A DNA stretch of 64,000 nt from Gemmatimonadota bacterium (lineage in GTDB: Bacteria > Gemmatimonadota > Gemmatimonadetes > Longimicrobiales > RSA9), in assembly GCA_039715185.1 (NCBI GenBank), contig JBDLIA010000002.1, forward strand, positions 3,361-67,360. Reading direction: 5' to 3'. Shown here piece after piece: positions 35,365 through 47,764 of the stretch. The position numbers and the translations under genes are program-made. Position 1 is the stretch's first letter; every line of letters begins with the position of its first letter. The notes below the pieces were generated by a model that was not told the origin of the DNA, ran no database searches, and saw nothing but the letters and a program-made list of their open reading frames with translations.

Positions 35365-37473
35365 TCATGCCGACGCCACCTCCTCGCGCTCGCGCTTCAC
35401 GTCCTCCACGACCTTGGCGAGGATGTTGGCCGGCACTTCCTCGTAGCCGTGGAACGACCGCGAATGCGCCGCCCGGCCATGCGTGATGGAGCGCAGAGTA
35501 GTGGCGTACTTGTAGAGCTCCGCCTCCGGAACGTACGCCTTCACCGTGGTCTTGCTGCCCTGCGAGTCCATCCCCAACACCCTCCCGCGCCGCTGGTTCA
35601 GGTCGCCCATGACGTCGCCCATGTACTGGTCGGGCGTGATGACCGTGACCTGCACGATGGGCTCGAGCAGCACCGGCCTGGCCTTCTCGGCGGCGTTGCG
35701 GAACGCGACCGATCCGGCGATCTGGAACGCGATGTCGCTCGAGTCGACGGTGTGATAGGAGCCGTCGTAGCACTCCGCGCTGAAATCCACGACCTGGAAC
35801 CCCGCCAGCACGCCGCGGCCGGCCGCCTCGCGGATCCCCTTATTCACGGACGGGACGTACTTGCCCGGGATCACGCCGCCTTTGATCGAATTGACGAACT
35901 CGTACTCCGAGCCGCGCGGTAGCGGCTTGAGCCGAATGCGGCAGTCGCCGAACTGTCCGCGCCCTCCGCTCTGCTTCTTGTGCCGGCCCTGCGCCTCGGC
36001 GCCGGTCCTGATGGTTTCGCGGTACGCGATGCGGGGCGCCTCGGTGACGACCTCCACGCCGAACTTTCGCTTCAGCCGCTCCATCTGGACGTCGAGGTGC
36101 ATCTCCCCCAAGCCGCGGGCGATGGTCTGCCTGAGCTCCGGGTTGTAGGCAGCGGCGAATACCGGGTCTTCCTCGTGCAGCTTCTGGAGCGCCGCGCCGA
36201 TCTTGTCCTCATCGCTGCGGGTGGCCGCTCGAATCGCGACGGCGATGTCCGGATCCGGAAAGTCGACCGGCGTGATCACGACGGGGCGGCCCGCGTCTCC
36301 CAGCGTATCGTTCGTGTGCGTGTTCTTGAGCTTGGCGATCACGCCGATGTCGCCGGCGTGCAGGCGTGTGACCTCCAGGCGGTCCTTGCCCTGCGGCACG
36401 GATAGGTGGGACAGCTTCTCGCTCCCGCCGTGGTTGGCGTTGCGCACGTCCGCGCCCGTGGCGGCCGAGCCACCGAAGATGCGAAAATAGCTCAGCTCGC
36501 CGACGTGCGGCTCGGAGGTGGTCTTGAACACGAGCGCCGCGAAAGGGTCGTCGTCGGTCCCCGCCAACTCTATTTCCTGGTCCACGTTGGCGCGCTTGGC
36601 CGTCTCGTGCAGCGCCTCCGAAGGACTGGGCACGAGCTGGACCAGCTTGCTGAGCAACGCGCGCGTTCCCCAGGTCTTCTCGGGGGCGCCACAGAAGAGC
36701 GGGCAGGCGTCCCCGGCGGCCATGGCGGCCTTCATCGCCTCGATGGCCTCATCGCGGCTGATCTCTTCCCCCTCCAGGTAGTGCTCGAGCAGCGTGTCGT
36801 CGGTCGTGGCGATGGTCTCGATGAGTTCGGTGCGCCACTCCTCGAACTTGCTCTGCAACTCCTCCGGTACGTCCGCCTCTTCGTACTCGCCCGACGCGCT
36901 GTTGGGCTTGTACATGTGCGCGCGGCCGCTGAACAAATTGATGATGCCCCGGAAGTCATCGCCCGCGCCGATGGGAATCTCCACCGGAATCACCTTGTCG
37001 GTAAGGTGCTCCTTGATCTCGCGATAGACCTTGTCGAAGTCGGCGTGCTCCTTGTCCATCTGGGAGACGAAGAACACCCTCGGCAGGCCGCGTTCCTTGC
37101 AGTAGACCCAGGTCCGCTCGGTACCCACCTCGACCCCCGTCGTCGCCCCCAACACCATGACCGCCCCGTCGGCGACCCGCGTGGCCGCCATGGCCTCGGC
37201 GGCGAAATCGAGATACCCGGGGGTGTCGAGCAGGTTGATCTTGGTCCCCTGCCATTCGGCGAAAGCGGGCGTGGTCTGGAGCGAGATGCCGTGGTCCAAC
37301 TCTTCGGGCGTGTACATCGTGTGCGCCGTGCCCTCCTTCGTGCTGCCGTGCCGGCGGGTAGAGCCGGCCACGAAGCACAGGGCGTCGACAAGGCTAGTTT
37401 TTCCGGAGCCGCCGTGCCCGAGCACGACGACGTTCCGAATGTTCTCGGTGGCGTATTCTCTTGCGGATGACAT
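35365..37473 (-). CDS. elongation factor G paralogue, EF-G2 type
   Basis: This lies in ORF 35365..37488. ATG 37473 lies 6 nt after AGGAGG. The P-loop is GHGGSGKT and the G3 motif is DTPGYLDF, with Tyr where canonical EF-G has the catalytic His. Domains II-V are recognisable (..GRHKKQSGGRGQFGD.., ..LLEPIV..). Confidence 0.85.
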   Translation of the reverse strand: MSSAREYATENIRNVVVLGHGGSGKTSLVDALCFVAGSTRRHGSTKEGTAHTMYTPEELDHGISLQTTPAFAEWQGTKINLLDTPGYLDFAAEAMAATRVADGAVMVLGATTGVEVGTERTWVYCKERGLPRVFFVSQMDKEHADFDKVYREIKEHLTDKVIPVEIPIGAGDDFRGIINLFSGRAHMYKPNSASGEYEEADVPEELQSKFEEWRTELIETIATTDDTLLEHYLEGEEISRDEAIEAMKAAMAAGDACPLFCGAPEKTWGTRALLSKLVQLVPSPSEALHETAKRANVDQEIELAGTDDDPFAALVFKTTSEPHVGELSYFRIFGGSAATGADVRNANHGGSEKLSHLSVPQGKDRLEVTRLHAGDIGVIAKLKNTHTNDTLGDAGRPVVITPVDFPDPDIAVAIRAATRSDEDKIGAALQKLHEEDPVFAAAYNPELRQTIARGLGEMHLDVQMERLKRKFGVEVVTEAPRIAYRETIRTGAEAQGRHKKQSGGRGQFGDCRIRLKPLPRGSEYEFVNSIKGGVIPGKYVPSVNKGIREAAGRGVLAGFQVVDFSAECYDGSYHTVDSSDIAFQIAGSVAFRNAAEKARPVLLEPIVQVTVITPDQYMGDVMGDLNQRRGRVLGMDSQGSKTTVKAYVPEAELYKYATTLRSITHGRAAHSRSFHGYEEVPANILAKVVEDVKREREEVASA

Positions 37474-37726
37474 GAGCACCTCCTGCACGCACCTACCCGC
37501 CTCGCCCGAAGTGACGGGCGGGCCGGAGCTTTCCGGGGGGCGGGAACACTAGGCGGGCCAATTTTTCGGGTCAAGCGAGGCGCCTTCGCGCGAGGAGACT
37601 CTGCCCGGCGGGCCAACCGTTCCCTGACAAGGCGCTGACGAGTCTCGCGCCATTGCTCCTGCGCGCTGCCGTAGTGTTCGGCACGTACCGAAACGTACGG
37701 CAGGAGACACACCCAGGAGGATGACC

Positions 37727-38197
37727 ATGCGCGTTGTCGGACTCATCATCGCAGTCGCCGCGCTGCCGGCGGCCGCGTTCCCCGGCGCCGCCCGGGCTCA
37801 AGATGCGCCGGAGGGTGCGTGCGAGACGCCGGCCGAGGAGGCTGCCGGAGTATGCGCGGCGTTGCACAGTTACCTCCAGGGTCACGCGACGGGGCAGCGC
37901 CGGCACGCCGAGGCCGCCTTCCATCCCGACGCCCGCATGATCTGGGTCTCGGACGGCGAGCTGAGGCGGCGGCCGATCGACGAGTACCTGGGAGGCTTCG
38001 AGGGAGAGCCGGCCGAGGACGAGGCGGAGCAGGAGCGGTGGGTGGAGACGGTGGACGTCACCGGCGACGCGGCGATCGCCAAGATCGTTTTCCTCTACCC
38101 GGGCGGCCGCACGGTCGATTACGCAACCCTGCTTCGCACCGGCGGCGAGTGGCGCATCATCCACAAGAGCTTCCAAGTGGAACCCGCGTCGCGTTGA
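37727..38197 (+). CDS. secreted NTF2-like (SnoaL / lumazine-binding-like) protein
   Basis: The start is the second ATG of ORF 37721..38197, 6 nt after AGGAGG. There is a signal peptide. ..ALHSYLQGHATGQRRHAEAAFHPDARMIWV.. and ..GGEWRIIHKSF are consistent with the family. Confidence 0.65.
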   Translation: MRVVGLIIAVAALPAAAFPGAARAQDAPEGACETPAEEAAGVCAALHSYLQGHATGQRRHAEAAFHPDARMIWVSDGELRRRPIDEYLGGFEGEPAEDEAEQERWVETVDVTGDAAIAKIVFLYPGGRTVDYATLLRTGGEWRIIHKSFQVEPASR

Positions 38198-38503
38198 AAC
38201 TCGGGGGACCCTCCCTCCGAAGTGGATACAGACGAAAGCGGCCCCGCGACCCGTACCTGGTTCGGGAGCCGACTCAGATAGAGAGAATGGACGATGAAAA
38301 CGAAGACTCAGGATCGCTGCCCGCGATCCGCGTTCAAGATAATGGCGCTGCTGGCCTTGCCGTTCTTGGCGGGCTCTGGACTCGCGACCGCGCACCAACT
38401 CGGCGGCGAAACCGAGCGCACCGAGGTGACGAGCCCTCACGCGCCGGTCGCCACCGCCCCGGCGCTGCGGGCCGACATCGGCTGACGCCCTCCCTCGCCG
38501 CGC

Positions 38504-38761
38504 TCAGGATTCGAGCGTCGCCCTGACCCGCGCCGATCGCTCCGGATTGGCCAGCAGTCTTTCGTAGAACTCCAGCTTTTCCTCCACCTGCACGAGCCGG
38601 TCTTCCGTGCTCGACAGGCGCTGCCGTGCCGCCTCGAGTTCCGCCTTCAGCAGCTTGGCGGTCTTGCCGGATATCTCGCCCGATCCGGCGATGCGATCGC
38701 CGATTCCCTTGGCTATGGGACCGCATACCGCGATCACCACGAAGAACCATATGAGCCACAT
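38504..38761 (-). CDS. small membrane-anchored coiled-coil protein
   Basis: MWLIWFFVVIAVCGPIA forms a TM helix and is followed by a helical, charged tail. The gene is co-oriented downstream of the rhomboid gene. Confidence 0.5.
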   Translation of the reverse strand: MWLIWFFVVIAVCGPIAKGIGDRIAGSGEISGKTAKLLKAELEAARQRLSSTEDRLVQVEEKLEFYERLLANPERSARVRATLES

Positions 38762-38813
38762 GGCGCTCTCTCCTGCTAGGCCACGGTGTCAGCGGGAGTC
38801 GCGCTGCACCGAT

Positions 38814-39644
38814 TCAGTTCGTGCGGTACCGACGGCTGACCTCGTCCAGGAGCGCCCGCTCCGAGTCCGAGAGACTGGCCATCCCGTCGCGCCCGATCTT
38901 GTCGAGAACCTTGTCCACTTCGTCCAGCATGGCCGCCTCTTCGCGTCCCTCGCGGCCGGGCGTAGACCCCTTGGCGGCGGCGCGCCCCGCGCGCTTCTCG
39001 ACGACCCGAATACGTCCGCGGCCGGGGCGTCTCTTCAACACCCGAAGACTCACCCTGCGCTGGAGGTCCAACTTCAGGTATACGAGCGCGGCGATCAGTC
39101 CGCCCAGGTGGGCCAGGTGGGCGATGCCATCGTTCGTCGGGCTGGTGGCGCTCATCAGGGCCCCCAACGCCACGAACGCAGCGAGCCACTTGGCCTTCAC
39201 CGGAAAGATGCCGAACACGTAGATGGGCGCGTCGGGCCAGTTCATGGCGAACGCGAGCAGCACACCAAGCACCGCCGCCGAGGCCCCCACGATGGCTGTT
39301 TGGGGCGCCAGCAACGACAGCGCGGCACCGCCCAGCCCCGCGATCATGTAGAACTTCAGGAACTCGCGGCCGCCCCACTTCGCCTCCAGCGGCGGCCCGA
39401 AGAAGAACAGGCCCAGCATGTTGAAGAACAGGTGTCCCAGGCTCGCGTGGACGAACATGTAGGTGACGACCGTCCACGGCGTCGTGGCCACCGCGACCGG
39501 CGCGAACCAGAGCCAGGGCCTCAGCGCCGGGATTATCCACAACAGCACGAACACACCGGTGTTCGCGATGATCAGGTTCTTGACCATCGGCGTCGGCTGG
39601 AACGACGACCCGAAGCCGGACCAGGAGGAGGATCGGTACGCCAT
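38814..39644 (-). CDS. rhomboid-family intramembrane serine protease
   Basis: The protein is polytopic. It has the GASAAVLGVL (GxSxxxxG) catalytic Ser motif and HLAHLGG (catalytic His). Confidence 0.85.
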   Translation of the reverse strand: MAYRSSSWSGFGSSFQPTPMVKNLIIANTGVFVLLWIIPALRPWLWFAPVAVATTPWTVVTYMFVHASLGHLFFNMLGLFFFGPPLEAKWGGREFLKFYMIAGLGGAALSLLAPQTAIVGASAAVLGVLLAFAMNWPDAPIYVFGIFPVKAKWLAAFVALGALMSATSPTNDGIAHLAHLGGLIAALVYLKLDLQRRVSLRVLKRRPGRGRIRVVEKRAGRAAAKGSTPGREGREEAAMLDEVDKVLDKIGRDGMASLSDSERALLDEVSRRYRTN

Positions 39645-39687
39645 GACTACTCTACCCCCATGGCGCCCGGGGCGGTTCCTACCGCGG

Positions 39688-40695
39688 TCAGGAGCCGAGC
39701 GCGAGTCTGCAGATGCGGTCGCACAGCGCGGGGAACGAGACGCCCGCCGCCTGGCCCGCCTTGGGGAGCAGACTGGCCGACGTCATGCCGGGGGCGGTGT
39801 TCGCCTCCAGGCACCACATGATCCCGGCGGGGTCCATCCGGAAGTCCACCCTGCTGTAGCCGCCCAGCTTGAGCGCCCGGTGCGTGGCCAGCGCGAGCGC
39901 CGACACTCCGCGCGCCTCGCGGTCGGTCAGGGCGGCCGGAAAAACCTCCTCGGCCATCCCCGGCTGGTACTTGCACTCGTAGTCGAAGATTTCGTGCTGG
40001 GAGATGATCTCCCCGGGCGGAAACGTTTCGTCGCCCACCACCGCCACCGTGAGCTCGCGGCCGGGCACGAACCTCTCGATCATCACCTCGTCGTCGTGAC
40101 GATAGCCGAGCTCGATCGCCGCCGGCAGCTCCCCGGGCTCGCGCACGAGCGAGAGCCCCACGGTCGATCCCTGCTTGCTCGCCTTCACGATGACCGGAAA
40201 GCCCAGGCGGTCCGCCACTTCTTCGGTTGAAGCGGGCGCCATCAGCCAGTCCGCCGTGGGCACGCCAGCGGCGCGCATGAGGTGCTTGGCGATGTCCTTG
40301 TCCATGGCCAGGGCGCAGCCAAGGGGCCCGCTCCCGGTGTAGCGGATCCCCTCGAGCTCGAGCATCGCCTGCAGGCGCCCGTCTTCGCCGGCTCCCCCGT
40401 GCAGGGCGACGAACACCACGTCGGCCCCGCGCACGGGCTCGGAGCGCAGCACGTCCGTCAGAGCCGGCCTCTCCGGCGGCGCCACCTCGGCCGGGGGGAG
40501 CGCGGACACTTCGGCGCTGAGCGCGGTCTCCTCGGTGGGCCCCAGAACGCCGCGCGCGGGGTCGACGCCCACGACACGGTGGCCGCGCTCGCGCAGCGCC
40601 GAGATGACCTCCCGGCCGCTCGCCAGCGACACGTCGCGCTCGACGCTGTCGCCGCCTAGAAAGACGGCCACGCGCAGGCTATCGCCGGTGGACAC
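39688..40695 (-). CDS. ddl: D-alanine--D-alanine ligase
   Basis: ..VAVFLGGDSVERDVSLASG.., ..VFVALHGGAGEDGRLQ.., ..VIVKASKQGSTVGLS.., ..LEANTAPGMT... The length is 335 aa. Confidence 0.9.
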   Translation of the reverse strand: MSTGDSLRVAVFLGGDSVERDVSLASGREVISALRERGHRVVGVDPARGVLGPTEETALSAEVSALPPAEVAPPERPALTDVLRSEPVRGADVVFVALHGGAGEDGRLQAMLELEGIRYTGSGPLGCALAMDKDIAKHLMRAAGVPTADWLMAPASTEEVADRLGFPVIVKASKQGSTVGLSLVREPGELPAAIELGYRHDDEVMIERFVPGRELTVAVVGDETFPPGEIISQHEIFDYECKYQPGMAEEVFPAALTDREARGVSALALATHRALKLGGYSRVDFRMDPAGIMWCLEANTAPGMTSASLLPKAGQAAGVSFPALCDRICRLALGS

Positions 40696-40703
40696 CGGGG
40701 GGC

Positions 40704-42143
40704 CTAGCGGCCTGTGAGGTGGCGGACCATGTCGTAGCGCGTGAGGATGCCGCCAATGCGGCCCCCCTCGCGCACGAGCACCGCGCCGTTCTTGCGCGTA
40801 AGCAGGGGCGCGACCGCCTCCGGATCGGTGCCCGAGTCCACCACAGGGAAGGGAGGATCCATGAACGACTCCACCCCTCGCTCGATCGCCTCCGGGTCGG
40901 CGATCACGCTGGCCATCAACCCCGCCTCGGAGACCGAGCCCACGCAGTCCGCTCCCTCCAGGACCGGCAGCTGCGAGAGGTTGTTGTCGGACAGCAGCGC
41001 GAGGGCACCGCGCACGGTGGTGCCCGCCTCGACCGCGATGAGCTCCGCGGGGGCGCCATCCTCCTTCTCGCTAACCAGGTCGGCCACGCGCGTCGGCGCC
41101 GGCGGCAGCATCCGATTCTCACGCAGCCACTCGTCGTTGTAGGCCTTGGAGAGGTAGCGCTCTCCCGTATCGGCCAGGACGAAAACCACGAGCGCGTCGG
41201 GGTCGTCCACCTCGCGCGCGACCTCCAGGGCCACGTGCGCGATGAGCCCCGCGCTGCCGCCGACGAACAACCCATCCTCTCGAGTCAAGCGGCGCGCGGT
41301 GAGAAAGGCCGTGCGGTCATCCACGGTGCGAAACTCGTCGATGTAATCGAACCACAGCGTGGAGGGGATCTTGTCGTTGCCGATGCCCTCCACCTTGTAC
41401 GGATGGCCCTCGCCCACCTCGCGCGTCCGGTGGTACTCGGCGAGCAGGGAGCCATCGGGATCTCCAGCGATCACCCGCACGTCGGGGTTCTGCTCCTTGA
41501 GGTACTTGGCCGCGCCGCTGATCGTCCCGCCGGTACCCGGGGACGCCACGAAGTGCGTCACGCGCCCGGCCGTCTGGGCCCAGATTTCCGGCCCCGTAGT
41601 GGCGTAGTGCGCCTCGGGGTTGGCCTGGTTGTAGAACTGGTCCGCGAAGACGGCGTTGGGGGTGGTTTCAGCGATCCGCTTCGCCACCATCACGTAGTAG
41701 TCCGGGTGGTCGACGGGCACGCCGGTGGGCGTCACGATCACCTCGGCCCCGAACGCCTTGAGCAGGCGCACCTTCTCCTGGCTCATCTTGTCGGGGATGG
41801 TGAACACGCACTTGTAGCCGCGGATGGCGGCGGCGATGGCCAGGCCTATGCCGGTGTTGCCGCTCGTGCCTTCCACGATCGTGCCGCCCGGCTTCAGCCG
41901 ACCCTCCCGCTCGGCGGCATCGATGATCGCGAAGCCGACGCGGTCCTTCACCGAGCCGCCCGGGTTGAGGTACTCCGCCTTGCCGTAGATCCGCGTGCGG
42001 ATGCCGCGGGCCGTGCGATGGAGGCGAATCAGCGGGGTCCAGCCGACCGCTTCCATGATGCTGTCGCTCAGTCCGGGGTGACGCGGCGGGCTGTCGGCCG
42101 CGCCCCAGCCGTCCGGACGGCCCGGCGTCGCATTATTGCTCAA
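40704..42143 (-). CDS. cystathionine beta-synthase-like PLP enzyme with a C-terminal CBS-domain pair
   Basis: This lies in ORF 40704..42275. The TTG 42143 start forms a TTGA overlap with the upstream stop. Supporting blocks are GKAEYLNPGGSVKDRVG and TSGNTGIGLA, and the C-terminal half is CBS-pair-like. Confidence 0.8.
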   Translation of the reverse strand: MSNNATPGRPDGWGAADSPPRHPGLSDSIMEAVGWTPLIRLHRTARGIRTRIYGKAEYLNPGGSVKDRVGFAIIDAAEREGRLKPGGTIVEGTSGNTGIGLAIAAAIRGYKCVFTIPDKMSQEKVRLLKAFGAEVIVTPTGVPVDHPDYYVMVAKRIAETTPNAVFADQFYNQANPEAHYATTGPEIWAQTAGRVTHFVASPGTGGTISGAAKYLKEQNPDVRVIAGDPDGSLLAEYHRTREVGEGHPYKVEGIGNDKIPSTLWFDYIDEFRTVDDRTAFLTARRLTREDGLFVGGSAGLIAHVALEVAREVDDPDALVVFVLADTGERYLSKAYNDEWLRENRMLPPAPTRVADLVSEKEDGAPAELIAVEAGTTVRGALALLSDNNLSQLPVLEGADCVGSVSEAGLMASVIADPEAIERGVESFMDPPFPVVDSGTDPEAVAPLLTRKNGAVLVREGGRIGGILTRYDMVRHLTGR

Positions 42144-42601
42144 AGGTCCACTTCCCGGCGGGTATCGCCCCGGTCCGGCGTACCATTGAGGCTGTCCGGC
42201 GCGGCCGGCAGCTGGATCCCGAATTCCGCCGCCTGACCCGCGTCGCGGCTGAAGCGAACGGGCAGGCGGGCCCACGTCTCCACGCGCCGCTCACCGCGCT
42301 TCCCCGGCATGAACCGCAGCAGGTGTGCTCCCGCGATCGCGGCCGAATCGAACTGGGCGTAGCCGCTCGACTCGTGGACGTAGGCGCTATCCACCATCCC
42401 GAGCGGCGTGATGTGAACCATGAGCACCGTCTGGCCTTCCACGCCGCGGTCCCAAAGCGCGAGCGGGAACTCGAAGGGGGGCGCCTCGAACAGCGGGGTT
42501 GGTTGCTGCATGGGCTCGTCGGAGACGCACGCCCCACACGCCACGGCGCCCACCAGTGTCGCAACCGCCCCCCATGCGCGTGAATTGCGGCGATCGATCA
42601 C
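42140..42601 (-). CDS. TonB C-terminal-domain lipoprotein
   Basis: The signal ends at the lipobox-like AVACGAC. ..GQTVLMVHITPLGMVDSAYVHESSGYAQFDSAAIAGAHLLRFMPG.. is TonB_C-like. Confidence 0.6.
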   Translation of the reverse strand: MIDRRNSRAWGAVATLVGAVACGACVSDEPMQQPTPLFEAPPFEFPLALWDRGVEGQTVLMVHITPLGMVDSAYVHESSGYAQFDSAAIAGAHLLRFMPGKRGERRVETWARLPVRFSRDAGQAAEFGIQLPAAPDSLNGTPDRGDTRREVDL

Positions 42602-42691
42602 GTTCCTCCCAAGCCTCGGATCAGGTTCGGCCGGTTTCGGTCGGCCGCGCGGGCAGCAGCGGGGCGCCCGCGTCTGTCCGCCGAAGCGCCG

Positions 42692-45364
<2,673 letters not shown>

Positions 45365-45574
45365 GGCAGACGGACGTAACGTTTGGTGGCTCGACACGAT
45401 AGTCCCCACCGGGTTCCTGGACCATAAGGCGGGCGGAGAACGCAGTCGGCATCCGCCCCCACGGGATCGCCTGACGGCGTCCGGAGTACGATTTTTCGGT
45501 TGCCCGACATCGCCCGACTCCTAAGCCCTCGGTATGTTGTGGGCCTCGGCAATACAGTTCTTTCGGGAGGAGCC

Positions 45575-46183
45575 ATGAGAAGGTTGATTACGTTCGCGAC
45601 GGCGTTGGTGCTGGTTGTCCCCGCGGCGGCGACGGCGCAGGACGACGAAGCGGAATCGGTCGCCCCCCCGCCCCACGCGGAGCAGATCGCTCAGGCGCTG
45701 GCGGCCGCGCCCGCGGAGCGCGTGGACGGTGCCACCGTACTCGGGTTCGACGACGCGGGGAAGCTGGTCATGCTCCGAGAAGGGACCAACGACCTCGTCT
45801 GCCTGGCTGACAACCCGGCGCAAGAGGGGTTCAACGTCGCCTGCTACCATGAGTCTCTCGAGCCCTACATGACGCGCGGGCGGGAGCTCCGCGAAGAGGG
45901 CGTCACCGGCATGGAGCGCATGACCATGCGTTGGGAGGAGGCCGAAGCGGGCACGCTGGCCATGCCCGAAGAGCCCGCGTTTCTCTACATCGTCATGGGC
46001 GACTCCTTCGACCCGGAGACGGCCGAGGTCGCGAGCCGCTACGAGAGGTGGGTCGTGTACACGCCGTTCGCCACTCCCGAGAGCACGGGGTTGTCGGCAA
46101 CCCCCGCGGAAGGCACTCCGTGGCTGATGTTTCCGGGGACCGCGGGCGCGCACATCATGATCACGCCGCCGCGAGGCCAGTAG
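45575..46183 (+). CDS. secreted hypothetical protein
   Basis: ATG 45575 follows GGAGGAG. The signal peptide is MRRLITFATALVLVVPAAATAQ. I recognise no family. Confidence 0.55.
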   Translation: MRRLITFATALVLVVPAAATAQDDEAESVAPPPHAEQIAQALAAAPAERVDGATVLGFDDAGKLVMLREGTNDLVCLADNPAQEGFNVACYHESLEPYMTRGRELREEGVTGMERMTMRWEEAEAGTLAMPEEPAFLYIVMGDSFDPETAEVASRYERWVVYTPFATPESTGLSATPAEGTPWLMFPGTAGAHIMITPPRGQ

Positions 46184-46207
46184 CGAACCGCCGACGTGGC
46201 CCGGCCC

Positions 46208-46957
46208 TCAGGGCTCGGCCATGTCGGCAATGAACATGTCGTCGAAGGAAGCGCAGTTGGCGTGCGCCGTGCACACCGCGTCGACGCCGAAGGGACGCGC
46301 CCGTTCCAGCACCCCCAGGAGGCTGCGGCGGGCGCGTCGTGCATCCTCCGAGTAGCGCGACACAGGCGGGCGAAAGCCGCCGAACAGGTTGGAGTGCGAG
46401 AGTGCGTCCCCCAGGAAGAGGACGCCGTCCACCAGGTAGGCGGCGCTGCCCGACGTGTGGCCGGGGACCGCGAACGCCCGCACCGTGTCCGCCCCGAACG
46501 CCAACGCCGTATCCCGCGAGAACGTGCTCACCCGCAGCTCACCGGGCTCCGGCAGGTCCGGCCTCAGGATGCGTGCGCCCCAGCGCGGTACCCAGCCCTC
46601 GTGTTCTCGACGGCCGTGCAGCAACTCCAGCTCTCCGTCCGCGGCGAAGAAGCGCGCGTGGGCGACAGCTCGCCACCCGCCGATGTGGTCGCGGTGGGAG
46701 TGCGTGATGAGGATCGCGATCACGTCGCTCGGTTCGGCGTCCAGCCGCCGGAGGCTGCGCCGGAGCGCCGCGGGCCCGTCGAACCACCCCAGATCGATCA
46801 GCACGACCCCGGACTCCGTCCGCCGGGCGTAGATCATGCTCTGGCTCGGACCGCCGGTGGTCGCCACGGCCGCCCGTGGATTCTCCACCACTGCTTCCAG
46901 GCCGTGGGTGCAGCCGGCCAGACCGAGCGCCAGGAGCGCGGCGGTTGCCTCTCGCAT
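46208..46957 (-). CDS. MBL-fold metallo-hydrolase lipoprotein
   Basis: ATG 46957 gives MREATAALLALGLAGC, a lipobox. The HxHxDH motif ITHSHRDHIGG is present. Confidence 0.8.
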   Translation of the reverse strand: MREATAALLALGLAGCTHGLEAVVENPRAAVATTGGPSQSMIYARRTESGVVLIDLGWFDGPAALRRSLRRLDAEPSDVIAILITHSHRDHIGGWRAVAHARFFAADGELELLHGRREHEGWVPRWGARILRPDLPEPGELRVSTFSRDTALAFGADTVRAFAVPGHTSGSAAYLVDGVLFLGDALSHSNLFGGFRPPVSRYSEDARRARRSLLGVLERARPFGVDAVCTAHANCASFDDMFIADMAEP

Positions 46958-46994
46958 TCCCGTTATAGGCCCCACCCGCTCGCGCGGTCCGGGG

Positions 46995-47552
46995 TCAGTA
47001 CAGTCGCTCCGGCAGCAGCGCGGTATGGGACGTCTCGATCCCGAGTAGCCTCCTTCGCTCCACGATCTGCTGCGCGTGCCGTTCGGAGTGGTCGGCGTAC
47101 AGCTCGAGGAGTTGCCGCAAGGTGACCGACCCATGCTCCGCGTGCACCCCCCTCTTTCTCCAGTCACCCTCATCGAGCCCACGCAGGATGCCGATGGATC
47201 TCTCTCTAAGCGCCGCGAAGAGCGCCAGGTGTCCGGCCAGCGCGCGTTCGTCGGCCTCCTGATACCGAAGCTCGCGCGCCCACACATCCTGGTCGTAGAA
47301 CGGCAGAGCGCCGCCCGGCTCGGCCAGGACCATGCGAAACCGCACGGCGCCCACGAGCTCGGAATCCACGACGTGAACGGCTATCTGCCGGATGGACCAC
47401 TTGCCGTCGATGGGCCGGGCGTCGAGCGCGGCGTCGTCGAGCCGCTGCACCAGGCCTCGGATGATGGCAGGGCCCGCTTCGAAGGCGGCCAGAAGGCGCG
47501 CCGTATCCAGCGACTCGTAAATATCGGGGAAAGTGCCGCTCGTGGGCATCAT
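46995..47552 (-). CDS. DinB-superfamily protein
   Basis: ..KWSIRQIAVHVVDSE.. and ..LELYADHSERHAQQI.. form the His triad of DinB-like four-helix bundles. The start could instead be TTG 47594. Confidence 0.7.
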   Translation of the reverse strand: MMPTSGTFPDIYESLDTARLLAAFEAGPAIIRGLVQRLDDAALDARPIDGKWSIRQIAVHVVDSELVGAVRFRMVLAEPGGALPFYDQDVWARELRYQEADERALAGHLALFAALRERSIGILRGLDEGDWRKRGVHAEHGSVTLRQLLELYADHSERHAQQIVERRRLLGIETSHTALLPERLY

Positions 47553-47764
47553 GGACACACCCTCAGGTAGAGACACGGCGTCGGCCTTGGCCAACTTGGA
47601 GCGAGGACATTAGCGTGCCGCGCGTTCTTTGCCATGTCTGTCACTCCTTTTGAAGAATGATCGAGGCGCCGTACGGGGTTTCGCGACCTTCCGCACCCGC
47701 GAGCGCCAGGCGCCCGCCGCTGGAGCTTCCCCCCTTCCCCTCTCTCGTCTACGTTTCGGGCTCA

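Noticed and set aside
37541-37552. GGGAACACTAG upstream of the EF-G2 gene resembles the right-hand family-A terminus (..GGCACACTAG).
   Set aside because: There is no partner inverted repeat or internal homology nearby, and the match is too short to distinguish from chance.
38294-38485. A 63-codon ORF (MKTKTQDRCPRSAFKIMALLALPFLAGSGLATAHQ..) lies in the gap after the NTF2-like gene. An internal Met gives a signal-peptide-like start.
   Set aside because: There is no SD and no recognisable family, and the composition after the hydrophobic stretch is not convincingly coding. I left it uncalled.
47551-47635. A 28-codon upstream ORF on the minus strand has a strong AAGGAG SD (ATG at 47635) and ends in an ATGA overlap with the DinB-family start.
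   Set aside because: The peptide (MAKNARHANVLAPSWPRPTPCLYLRVCP) has no supportive features, and an alternative TTG-extended start for the DinB gene covers the same DNA in another frame. I cannot decide from sequence alone.
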